Shown here: positions 8,231-18,801 of the stretch, piece by piece
Numbering within the stretch: the first letter of the stretch is position 1
Layout: each line of letters starts with the position of its first letter
Origin: Phycisphaeraceae bacterium
Lineage (GTDB): Bacteria > Planctomycetota > Phycisphaerae > Phycisphaerales > Phycisphaeraceae
Length of the DNA: 47,474 nucleotides
Direction of reading: 5' to 3'
NCBI GenBank assembly: GCA_020831765.1
Contig: JAFIFY010000171.1
Location: 1 to 47,474 of the forward strand
Position numbers and translations under genes: made by a program
Notes under the pieces: generated by a model
The model's database searches: none
The model's input: only the letters and a program-made list of their open reading frames with translations
Told to the model about the DNA's origin: nothing

Positions 8231-10447
8231 ATGAACCGACATCTCGTGTATGCCTTGCTGATCGCCATCCCGCTCTGGGGATGCGGTGATGGGCCTCCCG
8301 CCTCGGAAACGGACACGCCCCGCGACACACCGTCAACCACCGCCCGGCCAACCGACCCCGATGGAGCGGCGACGGTCAACGTCGATGCCGATCGTCGCTT
8401 TGGCGATCCAGGCAAGACCCGGATATCCGGCAACTGGACCGAGCAATATCCACAGATCGATCTATGGGCCAGGGCGGGCGTGAGCGGTGGCATCCCCACA
8501 ATGGAGGATTCGCCCAAGTTGCGCATCGCCCCGGGGGAATCGATCGCCGAGGCCGTGGCGTCGCTTGAGCGCGGCATCATCGAACTGGAAGAGGGCGAGT
8601 ACACCATTGATGGCCGCCTGTTCCTTGGCTCGAATGTCATCCTGCGTGGATTGGGAGATGGCGCAACGATTCGATTCGGCTCGGGAACCGATAAGGTCGC
8701 GATCGATGTCCGCGATGCGCAACGCGTGGGCGTTGAGAATATCCGGCTGAAGTACGCCGATCCCCTTTCACTGGCGACGGGCGAACATCTACGCGATCAC
8801 ATCTGGGCCAATTCGCCGGGCTTCACACCAACACCCGAAGCCGCGATCCAGTTCACTGGCGTGACCGATGGCTGGCTGGACCGCATCACGATCGAGAACG
8901 CGCTGAGTCATCCGCTGGCGATTCGCGACTGTCGCCACATCACGTTGCGCGATCTCGCTCTCCACGGCGCTCTGAACCGCGGCCACGGATCGGGCTCATG
9001 GATCATCGAGAACACGCATCATCTGCTGGCCGCGGGCATCAGTGTGCGGAAGCTTCGCGGAATCCGGCTGGTTGGCCCGGCCCGAGGCAATGTCTTCACC
9101 GCCATGGTCAGCGGTGCCGGCTTTCATCTGCATGAAGCCGACCGGATCACGGAGAACCTGTTCGAGGATTGCCACTGGCTCTTTCGCCCCGGTTATCCGT
9201 TTCGACCCCTGGCCAAGGGTGCCATGCCGATGGGCGATGGGAACATCGTCCACTCCTGCCGAACTTATTTCCAGGGCACCGATGCGATCGCCGGCAACGT
9301 TCTGGAGCCGGGCAAAGCGTTTCAGATCAACCCCTTCGCGGTGCGGCCCAACGCTGGACGCGAAGCCGAGCGCCATGAACGAGGCCTGATATCGCCCTAT
9401 ATGCACGAACAGCCGCTGACCACACGGGAGGTGCGGATTCCCGTGATCCAGCCGCAATGGCCGGAACGACCGGCGAACCTTCCCATCACGCATCTGCGCA
9501 ATCGCGCGGGAATCCAGGACTGGGCATGGACAACCAACATCGGCCCACAAGCGCATGATGTTCCCATCTCCGAGTTGCTCGATGAGCCGCTCCGGGATGG
9601 AACCGAGCGCACTTTGGCCGGCCGTCAGGCGACCGTGGCATGGACCGAACCGCGTGTACGGCCGCAACTGGGTGAGTTCACCGATTCGACCAGCGCCAAT
9701 CGCAACATGGGCCAGTTCGGCTGGGCCGTTCAGCCGCCCGGCGGCGGCGAGGTCGATCTGCTGGAGCGGGTCGATGGCGACTGGGAAGGCGGAATCATAC
9801 TGCAGCGCATCGTTCATATTCCGGGACGGCCGCTTGTCCGACCAAGCCATCGCATCATCGGCGCTGAGGTCCGAATGTTTCTTGGCGACAAGGAAATTCA
9901 GGAGAACGAGATCTACCGCCTCGAGCCCGGCTATCACGCATTGACCGTCATGGTTCGGCTGCACCGCGCCATGGCACTGGTCACCACCGCATCGCTGGCG
10001 CTCAGCTTCCAGCTTGAGGATGAGCCGACGCCGACCATTCGCTCGCGCCTGGCCCGAGTGCCGGACCGGGGCGGGCTGTATCCGTTCAACCCCGGGATCG
10101 ATCCGCTGGCCGACGAGCGTGAAGCGCTGGATGAGTGGCCGACGTTCCACCGTCAGGTTCTACACCGGTGCCCCCTGCCGGATGTCAAGGAACAGGTCGA
10201 GGATTTCGCCCGTCGCCACACGGGAACCCATGCATCATGGGTCGCCCTGGGCGCGCTGGAGGTGCTCAACCGTGCGCCGCACGATGAGGCCGATTTCGAG
10301 CGGCTGACGAGCTGGCAATGGGGCGAGCTGATGGATTACTACGCCCGGGCCATGATGCCTGAGCGAAAGTGGACCGGTACACGCGCCAAGTCCGGCGCAA
10401 GTGAATTTCGCGCCTTCTATCCATGGCACATCGAGGACGATCAATGA
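8231..10447 (+). CDS. Large secreted lipoprotein of unknown function (possible right-handed beta-helix/pectate-lyase-like fold)
   Basis: ATG at 8231 gives MNRHLVYALLIAIPLWGCGDG, a lipoprotein signal with LWGC lipobox. The track ORF starts at a TTG at 8168. Pro/Thr-rich linker, then a repetitive region (ITIENALSHPLAIRDCRHITLRDLALHG) reminiscent of parallel beta-helix repeats. High GC3. Confidence 0.55.
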   Translation: MNRHLVYALLIAIPLWGCGDGPPASETDTPRDTPSTTARPTDPDGAATVNVDADRRFGDPGKTRISGNWTEQYPQIDLWARAGVSGGIPTMEDSPKLRIAPGESIAEAVASLERGIIELEEGEYTIDGRLFLGSNVILRGLGDGATIRFGSGTDKVAIDVRDAQRVGVENIRLKYADPLSLATGEHLRDHIWANSPGFTPTPEAAIQFTGVTDGWLDRITIENALSHPLAIRDCRHITLRDLALHGALNRGHGSGSWIIENTHHLLAAGISVRKLRGIRLVGPARGNVFTAMVSGAGFHLHEADRITENLFEDCHWLFRPGYPFRPLAKGAMPMGDGNIVHSCRTYFQGTDAIAGNVLEPGKAFQINPFAVRPNAGREAERHERGLISPYMHEQPLTTREVRIPVIQPQWPERPANLPITHLRNRAGIQDWAWTTNIGPQAHDVPISELLDEPLRDGTERTLAGRQATVAWTEPRVRPQLGEFTDSTSANRNMGQFGWAVQPPGGGEVDLLERVDGDWEGGIILQRIVHIPGRPLVRPSHRIIGAEVRMFLGDKEIQENEIYRLEPGYHALTVMVRLHRAMALVTTASLALSFQLEDEPTPTIRSRLARVPDRGGLYPFNPGIDPLADEREALDEWPTFHRQVLHRCPLPDVKEQVEDFARRHTGTHASWVALGALEVLNRAPHDEADFERLTSWQWGELMDYYARAMMPERKWTGTRAKSGASEFRAFYPWHIEDDQ

Positions 10448-11916
10448 CCAGACCTGACACCTTGACCGCAAGAATCCTGCCCCTGATCGTGCTGTTGGCC
10501 TGCGTGGCGGCCAGGCCGATGCCGGCATCAGGCAACATGTCGCCCGTCTGGCTGGGCACCCCGTTCATGGAGGGGTGGGTGCCTGAGAATGCCGATGCCG
10601 TACGTGGTGTGCTGATCCTCAACGGGTTCCCGATGGGCGAGCCATGGCTTGAAGCCTGCGCGATGTGGAACTTCGCCGTCCTTCGCATCAATACCGACGC
10701 CTACAGCAGCCGCATGCCCGATTCGCCCGAATATGCGCCGCTCCGGCGACCGCATGCAGCGCTCAAGAGTGTCGTAATGGAAGGGCTGGCGCAACTGGCC
10801 GAGCGGACGGGGCATCCCGAGATCGAGTACGTGCCCCTGGTCGCATCCGGTTACTCCCGTTATTCGCCTTCAGCCCCGCGCATCATGTCGCTCTTTCCGG
10901 ACCGCGCGCTGGCGTTCATGAACGGTGGAGGCGGTTTCGATGATTTCACGCGAAACCAGGTGCCTTCACTTGTCATGCTGTGTGAATGGGAGAACATCTT
11001 TTCGGGCGGTGACAAAACCCAATTGCTCTCCTCCTGGTGGTCACGCGCTTCGAATCAACTGGCCATGGTCAGCATCCACTGGCGCGTCTACCATAATCCC
11101 AACAGTTACCCGGACCTGGGGATCATCTTTCTGAACGAGGTGATCGAGGCGCGGATACCCGGCGATTGGGACCCGCGAACAGGCCCCTGCCAGCTCAAGC
11201 CCCTGGACCACGACTCGGGATGGCTGGGGAGCCACGAGGGTTGGCGGACGCCGGTCGATCAACTGTTCGAGGTGGACAACAACAACGCGCATATCGCCCC
11301 GGTCGCCGATTTTCAGGGCGATCCCCGCCGCGCTTCATGGCTTGTCAGTGAGAAAATGGCCTGGGCATGGCGCGCGTTCAGTTCACGGTTCCCCGTTGCC
11401 CGCTTCATCGAGCCGGGAACACCGAGCACCGGCCGCTATTCATCACCGACACCACCACCGACTGGATATTGCGAGATGGGCATCCGAGCGGGCATTCCCT
11501 TCGAGTTCACGGTCCTCTCCCATGTCCGGGGCGTGAAGAAGATCGAGTTGTTCATCAACACCCATCATGTCGGCACCATCGATCAGTTCGTCGGCGGAGA
11601 AACCGCCTTGGGCTCCACCCGTGATGCCATGGCAACGATGACGGTGACCGTGGATGAGCCGGGCATCCATATTCTTTCCGGTCGCTTCCACACCGAGGAT
11701 GGATCCTCCGGCTGGATGCGGCACATCCCGCTGATGGTCTGGAGCGACCGGGTGCCCGGTTCAGCACCGGCCAGCGAGGCCAACAAGCCGGACCATGCCG
11801 ACGATCCGTCGCCGGGGCATGCGGCTTCAGCGGTCCGGTCGGCAAGCATCGGGCTACTTCTCCTGGGCATGGGCGCGCTTGCCCTTGCCGGCCGGAGCCT
11901 TCGCTTCGGGAGTTGA
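10444..11916 (+). CDS. Secreted hypothetical protein with a C-terminal hydrophobic anchor plus Arg residues (possible degenerate PEP-CTERM); translationally coupled to the upstream gene
   Basis: ATGA overlap with the stop of the upstream gene (ATG 10444-10446 / TGA 10445-10447). Signal peptide MTRPDTLTARILPLIVLLACVAA. C-terminus DPSPGHAASAVRSASIGLLLLGMGALALAGRSLRFGS. Confidence 0.55.
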   Translation: MTRPDTLTARILPLIVLLACVAARPMPASGNMSPVWLGTPFMEGWVPENADAVRGVLILNGFPMGEPWLEACAMWNFAVLRINTDAYSSRMPDSPEYAPLRRPHAALKSVVMEGLAQLAERTGHPEIEYVPLVASGYSRYSPSAPRIMSLFPDRALAFMNGGGGFDDFTRNQVPSLVMLCEWENIFSGGDKTQLLSSWWSRASNQLAMVSIHWRVYHNPNSYPDLGIIFLNEVIEARIPGDWDPRTGPCQLKPLDHDSGWLGSHEGWRTPVDQLFEVDNNNAHIAPVADFQGDPRRASWLVSEKMAWAWRAFSSRFPVARFIEPGTPSTGRYSSPTPPPTGYCEMGIRAGIPFEFTVLSHVRGVKKIELFINTHHVGTIDQFVGGETALGSTRDAMATMTVTVDEPGIHILSGRFHTEDGSSGWMRHIPLMVWSDRVPGSAPASEANKPDHADDPSPGHAASAVRSASIGLLLLGMGALALAGRSLRFGS

Positions 11917-11942
11917 TTGCCGGCTTGGTGATGCGGCAGGGT

Positions 11943-13025
11943 TTACAAGGCCGCAAGACGCCGCGTTCGATCCATGGCGATCAGATCGTTGATCAAGTCA
12001 TCCATTTCGCCGGCCATCAACCTGCCCAAGGGATAATTGCGGCCCAGACGATGCTCGACCGCGATGTCCTCCTTGAAGCGATAAGTGCGGATGCGCTCGC
12101 TGCGTTCGCCGGTTCCGATCATGGCGTTGCGTGCGCCGGCGCGTTGGGCATGCTGTTTCTGCCGTTCCAGGTCGTAAAGCCGCGCACGAAGCAGCGCCCA
12201 TGCCTTGATCCGGTTCTGCTGCTGGCTCTTGGTTTCCTGCATCCGAACTTCGATACCCGTTGGCTTGTGGATCAGGTGAACCGCCGTGGACACCTTGTTG
12301 ACGTTCTGGCCGCCGGGCCCCTGCGCGGTGGTGATATGCATCTCCACATCGCTTTCCGGAATGGAGATTTCCACTTCATCGGGCTCAGGCAGAACGGCCA
12401 CCGTGGCGGTTGACGTATGGATGCGGCCCTGCGTTTCGGTCGCGGGCACGCGTTTGACACAGTGCACGCCACCTTCGTATCCCAGATGACTCCATGCGCC
12501 CATGCCGCCAACCTGCGCGGTGGCGTGCCGAATGCCGCCCTGTTCGCCGGCGGCGAAGTCAAGCACCTCGAAGCTCCAGCCCCGCTTCTGGGCGTAGAGT
12601 CGATGCATTTCCATGATCTCCCCCGCCCAGAGCGCCGCCTCCGCACCGCCGGCCGCGGCGCGCCATTCCATGATCAACGACGCCACCGATTCATCGTCAG
12701 CCGAGACGAAGCCCGAGGCGATGGATTCGATCAGTGTTCCGCGTTCGGCTTCGAGGCGTTGGATTTCCTCCGCCGCCATGGCGCGAAGATCGGCATCCGT
12801 CTCATCCCGGCGCATGGCTTCCAGCCCCTGAATTTCCTCATTGAGCCGGTGCCAGCGACGGTAACGGGTGACCAGGTCTTCGATGGCCGCGCGGCGGACG
12901 GCCAGGGTCTTGACTTTGCCCGGCGTATTGTGAATCTCAGGATCGGCCAGTTGGGCCTCAAGCTGCTGATATTCCTCGGCCATCGCATCCAGGCGCATCA
13001 ACAATTGCGGAGGAATCTGGGACAT
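11943..13025 (-). CDS. prfA: Peptide chain release factor 1
   Basis: GGQ motif in [25 protein letters not shown]1-specific PAT tripeptide in [15 protein letters not shown]. At 360 aa there is no frameshift site, which would indicate RF2. Confidence 0.9.
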   Translation of the reverse strand: MSQIPPQLLMRLDAMAEEYQQLEAQLADPEIHNTPGKVKTLAVRRAAIEDLVTRYRRWHRLNEEIQGLEAMRRDETDADLRAMAAEEIQRLEAERGTLIESIASGFVSADDESVASLIMEWRAAAGGAEAALWAGEIMEMHRLYAQKRGWSFEVLDFAAGEQGGIRHATAQVGGMGAWSHLGYEGGVHCVKRVPATETQGRIHTSTATVAVLPEPDEVEISIPESDVEMHITTAQGPGGQNVNKVSTAVHLIHKPTGIEVRMQETKSQQQNRIKAWALLRARLYDLERQKQHAQRAGARNAMIGTGERSERIRTYRFKEDIAVEHRLGRNYPLGRLMAGEMDDLINDLIAMDRTRRLAAL

Positions 13026-13238
13026 GGGCTTCCGTTTGGATCATGAAGGCCGCCAGCGAGCAATGAACACGGGCGCGGCCATTGGGAAGATTACCCGGGG
13101 GCGACCCCTTCAATGCACAGCGCATCAACGCCGGCCAAAGCTCACCGACAAACCAGCAATCTTACAGAAATAACCCTGGATGGCCCACGGAAGATCGACG
13201 ATGGGAAGGGTGTCCGATCAATGAAGTCCGCGCTCCAG

Positions 13239-13283
13239 CTTCCGGGGGCTCGCTTCAGGGGGCGGGGGCTGGCTTCCGGGGGC
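13239..13283. repeat. Three copies of CTTC(C/A)GGGGG (reverse complement of CCCCCGGAAG) between rpmE and prfA
   Basis: CTTCCGGGGG at 13239 and 13274; CTTCAGGGGG at 13254. Same motif family as the repeats at 6738-6794 and 23915-24058. Confidence 0.5.
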
Positions 13284-13285
13284 GG

Positions 13286-13501
13286 CTAGTTCTTGCCGAA
13301 GTAGCTGCCCTTGAACTTACGCTGGAATTTCTCAACGCGGCCGGCGGCATCAACGAACTTCTGCTTGCCCGTGAAGAACGGGTGACACTTGTTGCAGATA
13401 TCCACATTGAGCTTGGGGCGGGTGCTGCGGGTGACAAAGGTGTTGCCACAGGCGCAGTGAACGTTGCACTCAACATACTCGGGATGAATCTTGGTCTTCA
13501 T
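13286..13501 (-). CDS. rpmE: 50S ribosomal protein L31 (Zn-ribbon type)
   Basis: [50 protein letters not shown] is near-identical to the canonical L31 N-terminus, with the CxxC...C..C/H zinc ligands. The true start is the ATG at 13499-13501, not the upstream ATG of the track ORF. Confidence 0.9.
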   Translation of the reverse strand: MKTKIHPEYVECNVHCACGNTFVTRSTRPKLNVDICNKCHPFFTGKQKFVDAAGRVEKFQRKFKGSYFGKN

Positions 13502-13675
13502 GGCCAAACTCCGACATCCAGCGCTCCTGACGGCAGCGCATCGATTCATGGCCGCAACCCGGCCAGGTGAAGCGAGCCCGGAATTGTAACACGAAACCCG
13601 ATGGCGTGCCCGGCGGGCACTTCCCTCAACGATCCGGCCCGGAAAATAGCCCGTAATCTCAATTCGCAGAATAAC

Positions 13676-14839
13676 TTACGACTCAATCATCGCCCGGTAC
13701 ATCGAAGCATAGGCTTCATGCATCCGATCCTGGTCGAAGTGATTGAGCAGGCGTTCACGGCCCGCCTCGCCCATCGCCCGCCGGCGGGGCTCATCGCCCA
13801 GAAGCTCAAGGATGTTTTCGGCCATGCCCTCGCTGTCGCGGCGCGGGCTGAGCAGGCCGGTCACACCGTGCTCGACCACCTCGGGGTTCCCCCCCACTTC
13901 CGTGGCCACGATCGGCACGCCGCAGCCCATCGCTTCCAGCAAGGTGACGGAAATGCCCTCGCTCAGGCTCGAAAGCAGAAAGAGATCGGCGGCATTGATG
14001 AGGTCTGGAACATCCGAACGCACGCCCAGCAGGCGGACGCTCTTCCAGATGCCATGCCGGCGTATCCGCTCGACGATCGCCTCTTTCTGTTCGCCATCAC
14101 CCACGAGTAGCAGCATCGCCTCGGGAATCGACTCGACCACGCGGGCGAACGCATCGATGGCCGTGAGATGATCCTTGACGGGATGGAAACGGGCGACCTG
14201 GAGCAGAATGGGCCGACCGTCGGTTACGCCCAACGAATAACGCAACGCGCTTCGCGCCGCGGCATCCGCCGGCTTGAATCGACCGGGATGAATGCCGTTG
14301 TGGATCACTTCGATTCGCTGGTCGGCAATGCCTTCGTTGTCGACAAGCGCCTTCTGAACCCATCGGCCCACGGCCGTGACCCGATCGGTCGGGCGGAGCA
14401 GCAATCGGTTGCTCCAGATACGTTTTCGGCTGGCTTGGTCCGGGTAATGGCGGCCGTGCTCGGTAAAGAGCAACCGGGGCCGACGGCGGATCAGGGGGCT
14501 GGGAATGATCGGCCAGGCGCGGCTGATGGCGGCATAGAAAAATGGTGTGTACTGATGGGCGTGGAGGATCGCCACGTTCTCCCGCCTGGCCGTGTCGCGG
14601 ATCCGGCGGGCCACGGCCATATCCACGCCCGGCCGGCGTTCCAGGTTCTCGACCGTAAAGCCCTCGTCCCGCAACGCCTCGCCCAGTGGCCCGACCTCAT
14701 CCAGGCAGAGGAACACGAAGCGAAACGGTGCCCGTTCATCGGCCGGATTCCCCAGCCGCCGGGCAAGATCGGCGGCCAGCACCTCGGCGCCGGCCAGGTA
14801 AAGTCGATGGAGGATGTGCGCGATCACCGGACGACTCAT
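13676..14839 (-). CDS. Glycosyltransferase family 4 (GT-B, glycosyl transferases group 1)
   Basis: GT4 N-terminal domain followed by a group-1 C-terminal domain with the EX7E-like region (GISVTLLEAMGCGVPIVATEVGGNPEVV). Probable start at MSRPVIAHIL. Confidence 0.8.
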   Translation of the reverse strand: MSRPVIAHILHRLYLAGAEVLAADLARRLGNPADERAPFRFVFLCLDEVGPLGEALRDEGFTVENLERRPGVDMAVARRIRDTARRENVAILHAHQYTPFFYAAISRAWPIIPSPLIRRRPRLLFTEHGRHYPDQASRKRIWSNRLLLRPTDRVTAVGRWVQKALVDNEGIADQRIEVIHNGIHPGRFKPADAAARSALRYSLGVTDGRPILLQVARFHPVKDHLTAIDAFARVVESIPEAMLLLVGDGEQKEAIVERIRRHGIWKSVRLLGVRSDVPDLINAADLFLLSSLSEGISVTLLEAMGCGVPIVATEVGGNPEVVEHGVTGLLSPRRDSEGMAENILELLGDEPRRRAMGEAGRERLLNHFDQDRMHEAYASMYRAMIES

Positions 14840-14905
14840 GGGCACGCATCGTAAATCACCGGACGCCCGGAGCAAAGCGCGATTCGCCGGGGACTTCCGA
14901 TTCGG

Positions 14906-16249
14906 TCACGCCGCCAGTTGATCATAACGCAGGTCTCGTGGATCGGGAACCTCTTCAAGCTCGGGCAGGATGTGATCCGCCGACGGCTCCACCTCCGCGA
15001 CTCGACGGACATAGGCGACCGTGGCCAGGCCGATCAGGGCCAGGGTGAAGCTGACCTCCACCGACTCCATCCCGATGAAGATGCTGCACGCCATGAAACC
15101 GAAGAGGCTGAGATTGATCATCTGCCCGAAATATCTGGGCCAGAATAGTCGCCTGGCCGTGGGCATGGTGGTCATCCGCTGACAGTGCCAGATCGTGCCC
15201 ACGTAAAAGAGCAAGAGGCCGAACAGGCCGGCGAATCCATAATCCGCACCCGTCTGGAGATACAGGTTATGGATGCTCTTATTCCGCGGCAGGCCGTACT
15301 GCTGGCTGAGCAGGTTGAAATTGCGCGGCCCAAGTCCCAAGGGCTTTTCCTTCATGGCCTGCCACCCGGCGGCCCATGTGTCCAGCCGGGCGGAAGCGGA
15401 GGCATCCCGTTCGGTCTCATCGGCGAAGGTCGTGAAGAACCGCTCGCGCACTTCCTCACCGGCGAGAAAGAGCGTCGCGACCGCCAGCACCACGGTCACC
15501 AACAAGGTCAATATACGATTGGGCAGGTAGACCATGCAGAAGGCAAACAGCGCACCACCTGTAATGATGAGCCCCAACTGACCGCCCCGGCTGTAGGAAA
15601 ACAGGATGACGTGGATCATGCACAGGGCCGCGAACATGCAGAATAACTTGACCCATAATCGCTTCTCGAAAATCGCGGTGAGCGCGGCGATGGGCACGCC
15701 CATGACCATGATCATCGCAAGGCCGTTGTTGTCCACACCCCCAAAGCCTCGATGGAGCAGGATATAGGCGAAGCGTGAGTCCTCCAGATACTGCGTATTG
15801 AGGCTGTAGGCCAACCATCCCACCGAAGCCAGCAATACCCACATCATCCACCGGATATGCCGGGGGTTGGTCAGGAGTGTCAGCAGCACGAGGCCCATCA
15901 GCCCGATCTTGAGCTGGATCTCCAGGAAGTGCCAGGCATAATCCGTCCGATACGCCCAGCCGAAAGTCGCCAGCGTTCCGCTGAGCAGATAGATGCCAAG
16001 CCCGATCATGGGCCATTTGACGTATCGCAGGTTACCCAGATGGCCGAAGCCGATCAGCACCCAACCAACCAGGGTCGAGACTCCGACCAGCATGCTGTGA
16101 TTGTGAAACGGCCAGGGCGCCCAGTGCCAGAGAAAAGTCGGGCGCAGCGTGGAAAAGGCATAGTAGACGAATATCCCGATCACCGGATTCATCCATCCGC
16201 AGGCCACACCGATAAAGGTCAACACGTTGGTAAAGATGAAACCCAGCAT
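14906..16249 (-). CDS. O-antigen ligase / Wzy-type polymerase-like polytopic membrane protein
   Basis: About 10-12 predicted TM helices with a large loop. It lies between glycosyltransferase genes. Composition is typical of the O-antigen ligase (Wzy_C) family. Confidence 0.6.
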   Translation of the reverse strand: MLGFIFTNVLTFIGVACGWMNPVIGIFVYYAFSTLRPTFLWHWAPWPFHNHSMLVGVSTLVGWVLIGFGHLGNLRYVKWPMIGLGIYLLSGTLATFGWAYRTDYAWHFLEIQLKIGLMGLVLLTLLTNPRHIRWMMWVLLASVGWLAYSLNTQYLEDSRFAYILLHRGFGGVDNNGLAMIMVMGVPIAALTAIFEKRLWVKLFCMFAALCMIHVILFSYSRGGQLGLIITGGALFAFCMVYLPNRILTLLVTVVLAVATLFLAGEEVRERFFTTFADETERDASASARLDTWAAGWQAMKEKPLGLGPRNFNLLSQQYGLPRNKSIHNLYLQTGADYGFAGLFGLLLFYVGTIWHCQRMTTMPTARRLFWPRYFGQMINLSLFGFMACSIFIGMESVEVSFTLALIGLATVAYVRRVAEVEPSADHILPELEEVPDPRDLRYDQLAA

Positions 16250-16352
16250 CGTTGTGCGATCAGCAAGCTCCCCTTTAAACCCGACCCCCGGCCACCCGGT
16301 CCCCAGCCCCCACGCCCGGGCCCCGGATGGCCCTACGCCCCGACCGACGGAC

Positions 16353-17543
16353 TCAGTTCATTTCTTCGACCAGTTCCCAAGTTCGCTGAACGACTTGGCG
16401 CCAGTCGCCTTCCAGCGCCCGGGCCCGGGCAGCCTCGCCCATCCGGTCACGCAACGGGGCGTCCGATAAGAGCCGGTCCAGCGCATCGCTGATGGCCTCG
16501 GTGGATCGACCATCCACGACCAGGCCACTCTGGCCATCGCCAACCGCATCGGCCTGCCCGCCGGAATCCCCGGCAATGCTGGGTTTCCCGCACGCCCCCG
16601 CCTCGAGAAACACCAGCCCGAATCCCTCGACATCGGTGCCCACCTGGATCGCCGGCATGGCAAACACATCACAAGCGCCGAACAACGCCCGCCGCTGGAC
16701 ACCATCCACCGGGCCGAGGAATGATACGCGATCGTTCAGCGCCAAATCCTCAGACAGCGACCGGAGCGAGGCCTCCTGCCTGCCCCCGCCAGCCACAAGG
16801 TAGTGAATCCGCGGGTGCCGTTCGGCGATCCGGGCGATGGCTCGAAGCACGCCGGCCTGGTTTTTCCGCTCGTCCAGGCGGCCCAGCGTGAGCACCAGGA
16901 TTCGATCTTCCAGGCCATGTTCAGATCGCCATGCCCGGCCCAGTTCCACCGCATCGCGGAACTCATCCACGTTCACACCCGGATTCATCCGTCGGATTCG
17001 ATCGCCCCCGACAACCTCACGCACCAATTGCTCGGTGAAACGGCTGTTGGCCAGCATCAGGTCCACTCGGCGCGCGGCCATGCGATAAAGCCATCGAAGC
17101 TGTCGGCTGGCCATGCAGGCGGTGATTTCCTCACCATGGGCGTAGCAGATGATCCGCATCCGGCGGCCCAGGCGGGCCTTCAGCGGCAGCAGGCTCACCA
17201 CCTCCGGCACCGCGTGTGTGCAGTGCAGGCGGACCGGACCACGATGCCCGGCCATCGTTCGTTTGACCGCACGCATCATCCGCCAGTATCGCACGATTCG
17301 ACCGGGGCGATCCAGGCCCCAATTGTCCAGCAGAATGTCGTTCCGCGTGATTTGCAGCTCCGGACGATGGGCCAGAAGCTCGCGCTGGGCATCATCCGGC
17401 GGCAGCCCATAATCGTGCGTCACCACGCGCATCGAGCCGGGCCAGAACCGGCACAACTCCACCATCCAGCGAATCGAGCCGCCCTGTTCAGGCACGAATC
17501 GCTGCGAAAGCAGGATGTCGAGAGTGTTGTCGGTGCCCATCAT
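16353..17543 (-). CDS. Glycosyltransferase family 4
   Basis: C-terminal GT1 motif FAMPAIQVGTDVEGFGLVFLEAGACGKPSIAGDSGGQADAV. Confidence 0.8.
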   Translation of the reverse strand: MMGTDNTLDILLSQRFVPEQGGSIRWMVELCRFWPGSMRVVTHDYGLPPDDAQRELLAHRPELQITRNDILLDNWGLDRPGRIVRYWRMMRAVKRTMAGHRGPVRLHCTHAVPEVVSLLPLKARLGRRMRIICYAHGEEITACMASRQLRWLYRMAARRVDLMLANSRFTEQLVREVVGGDRIRRMNPGVNVDEFRDAVELGRAWRSEHGLEDRILVLTLGRLDERKNQAGVLRAIARIAERHPRIHYLVAGGGRQEASLRSLSEDLALNDRVSFLGPVDGVQRRALFGACDVFAMPAIQVGTDVEGFGLVFLEAGACGKPSIAGDSGGQADAVGDGQSGLVVDGRSTEAISDALDRLLSDAPLRDRMGEAARARALEGDWRQVVQRTWELVEEMN

Positions 17544-18799
17544 GCCGTTGGTGGAGGATCACTGGGTTCGGAGCCGGGCGCTCTCTGCCCGGTATCGGCC
17601 GGTTGACCCGTCAGGCTGCGGTAAAGCGTTTCGAGCCGCCGGATGTATCGTGCGGGGTCGCCCAGGCATCTCGCCTTCTCCCACGCCGCCAGGCCGGCCC
17701 GGCGCAGTTGCTCGCGCTGGGGCATCGCGTTCAGGAACGCCGCCCAGGCCCGGGGCGATGGGGGAATCAGCCAGCCCGTTGAATCATGGTCGATCGACTC
17801 GGCCAGGCCGCCGGCTTCACAGGCCACGGCGGGAATCGCGAACCGCGCCGCTTCCATGGGCACAAGTCCAAGCGGCTCCTCGCGCGATGGGCACACCACC
17901 GCATCGATCCGGCCATAAAACGCCTCCATCCGATCCAGAAACCCAAGCCACTGGATCGAATCGGCCACACCCAACGTCTGCGCCAGGGCTTCAAGCTCAC
18001 GTTGATAAGCGCCGCCCGTCTGCGTATCGCGTCCGGCCACCAGCAACAGCGGACGACGTGCCGCCTGGACACCGGCAAGTCCCCGGATCACCAGGTCCAG
18101 CCCCTTGGATGGGATCAACTGACCGGCAAACCCAAGCGTGAGCCGACGATCCCGTTCCGCTTCCCGAATATCGTCGCTCGCGGCCACCTCGGGTTGTCCG
18201 GGGGGATCGGCCACCCAATCGACGCAGTCGCGGATAACCTCGATGCGGCTTCCCGCCATATCCGTCTCCTCCAGCGGCCCCAGCACCGTCTGGACATACC
18301 GGCTGATGCATATCGCCGCGCGAATCGCGCCTCGGGTCCACCAGGCCATCTCCCTGGCCGTGATCGTCCAGCGAACATGCACCACGGTCGGAATCCGCCA
18401 CCGGCGTCCAATCTCGCACATCGCCTGACAACTGGGCACATCATTGGCGTGAAGCAGATGCGGCCGCGATCGATCAACCAGCCGGCGCATCTTCCGCAGG
18501 CTCATCCACCATCCCGCCGCGCTGCCAAGCGATCGCCGGGGAAGGCCGATCACGGTCACGGGGATATCCAGGCTCCGGGCGGTATCGATCAGTTCCGATT
18601 CGCAACCCAGCACCAGCGACGGCTGGATTCGCGAGCGGTCCAGGTGGGTGAGCATGGAACGCAGCGCCCGCTCAGCGCCTGAAACAAACGGCGCGCGGGC
18701 GACATACAGCACACGAATCGGTTCGTGAGGCTCAACCATGACCACCTCGAACGGTCTGGCCGCATGCCGCCGGCCGGCGATGGGACGGGGCCGCGGCAA
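17540..18799 (-). CDS. Glycosyltransferase family 4
   Basis: PSREEPLGLVPMEAARFAIPAVACEAGGLAESIDHDSTGWLIPP is a GT1 catalytic region. There is a 4-nt ATGA stop/start overlap with the downstream GT gene at 17540-17543. Confidence 0.8.
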   Translation of the reverse strand: MPRPRPIAGRRHAARPFEVVMVEPHEPIRVLYVARAPFVSGAERALRSMLTHLDRSRIQPSLVLGCESELIDTARSLDIPVTVIGLPRRSLGSAAGWWMSLRKMRRLVDRSRPHLLHANDVPSCQAMCEIGRRWRIPTVVHVRWTITAREMAWWTRGAIRAAICISRYVQTVLGPLEETDMAGSRIEVIRDCVDWVADPPGQPEVAASDDIREAERDRRLTLGFAGQLIPSKGLDLVIRGLAGVQAARRPLLLVAGRDTQTGGAYQRELEALAQTLGVADSIQWLGFLDRMEAFYGRIDAVVCPSREEPLGLVPMEAARFAIPAVACEAGGLAESIDHDSTGWLIPPSPRAWAAFLNAMPQREQLRRAGLAAWEKARCLGDPARYIRRLETLYRSLTGQPADTGQRAPGSEPSDPPPTA

Positions 18800-18801
18800 C
18801 C

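Noticed and set aside
8996-10150. 384-aa minus-strand ORF
   Set aside because: It is antisense to the 8231..10447 lipoprotein gene, which has a lipobox signal and coding-type GC3.
13612-13630. Small hairpin GTGCCC-GGC-GGGCAC downstream of the GT4 gene
   Set aside because: It has only a 3-nt loop and no convincing U-tract on the relevant (minus) strand, so it is too weak to call a terminator.
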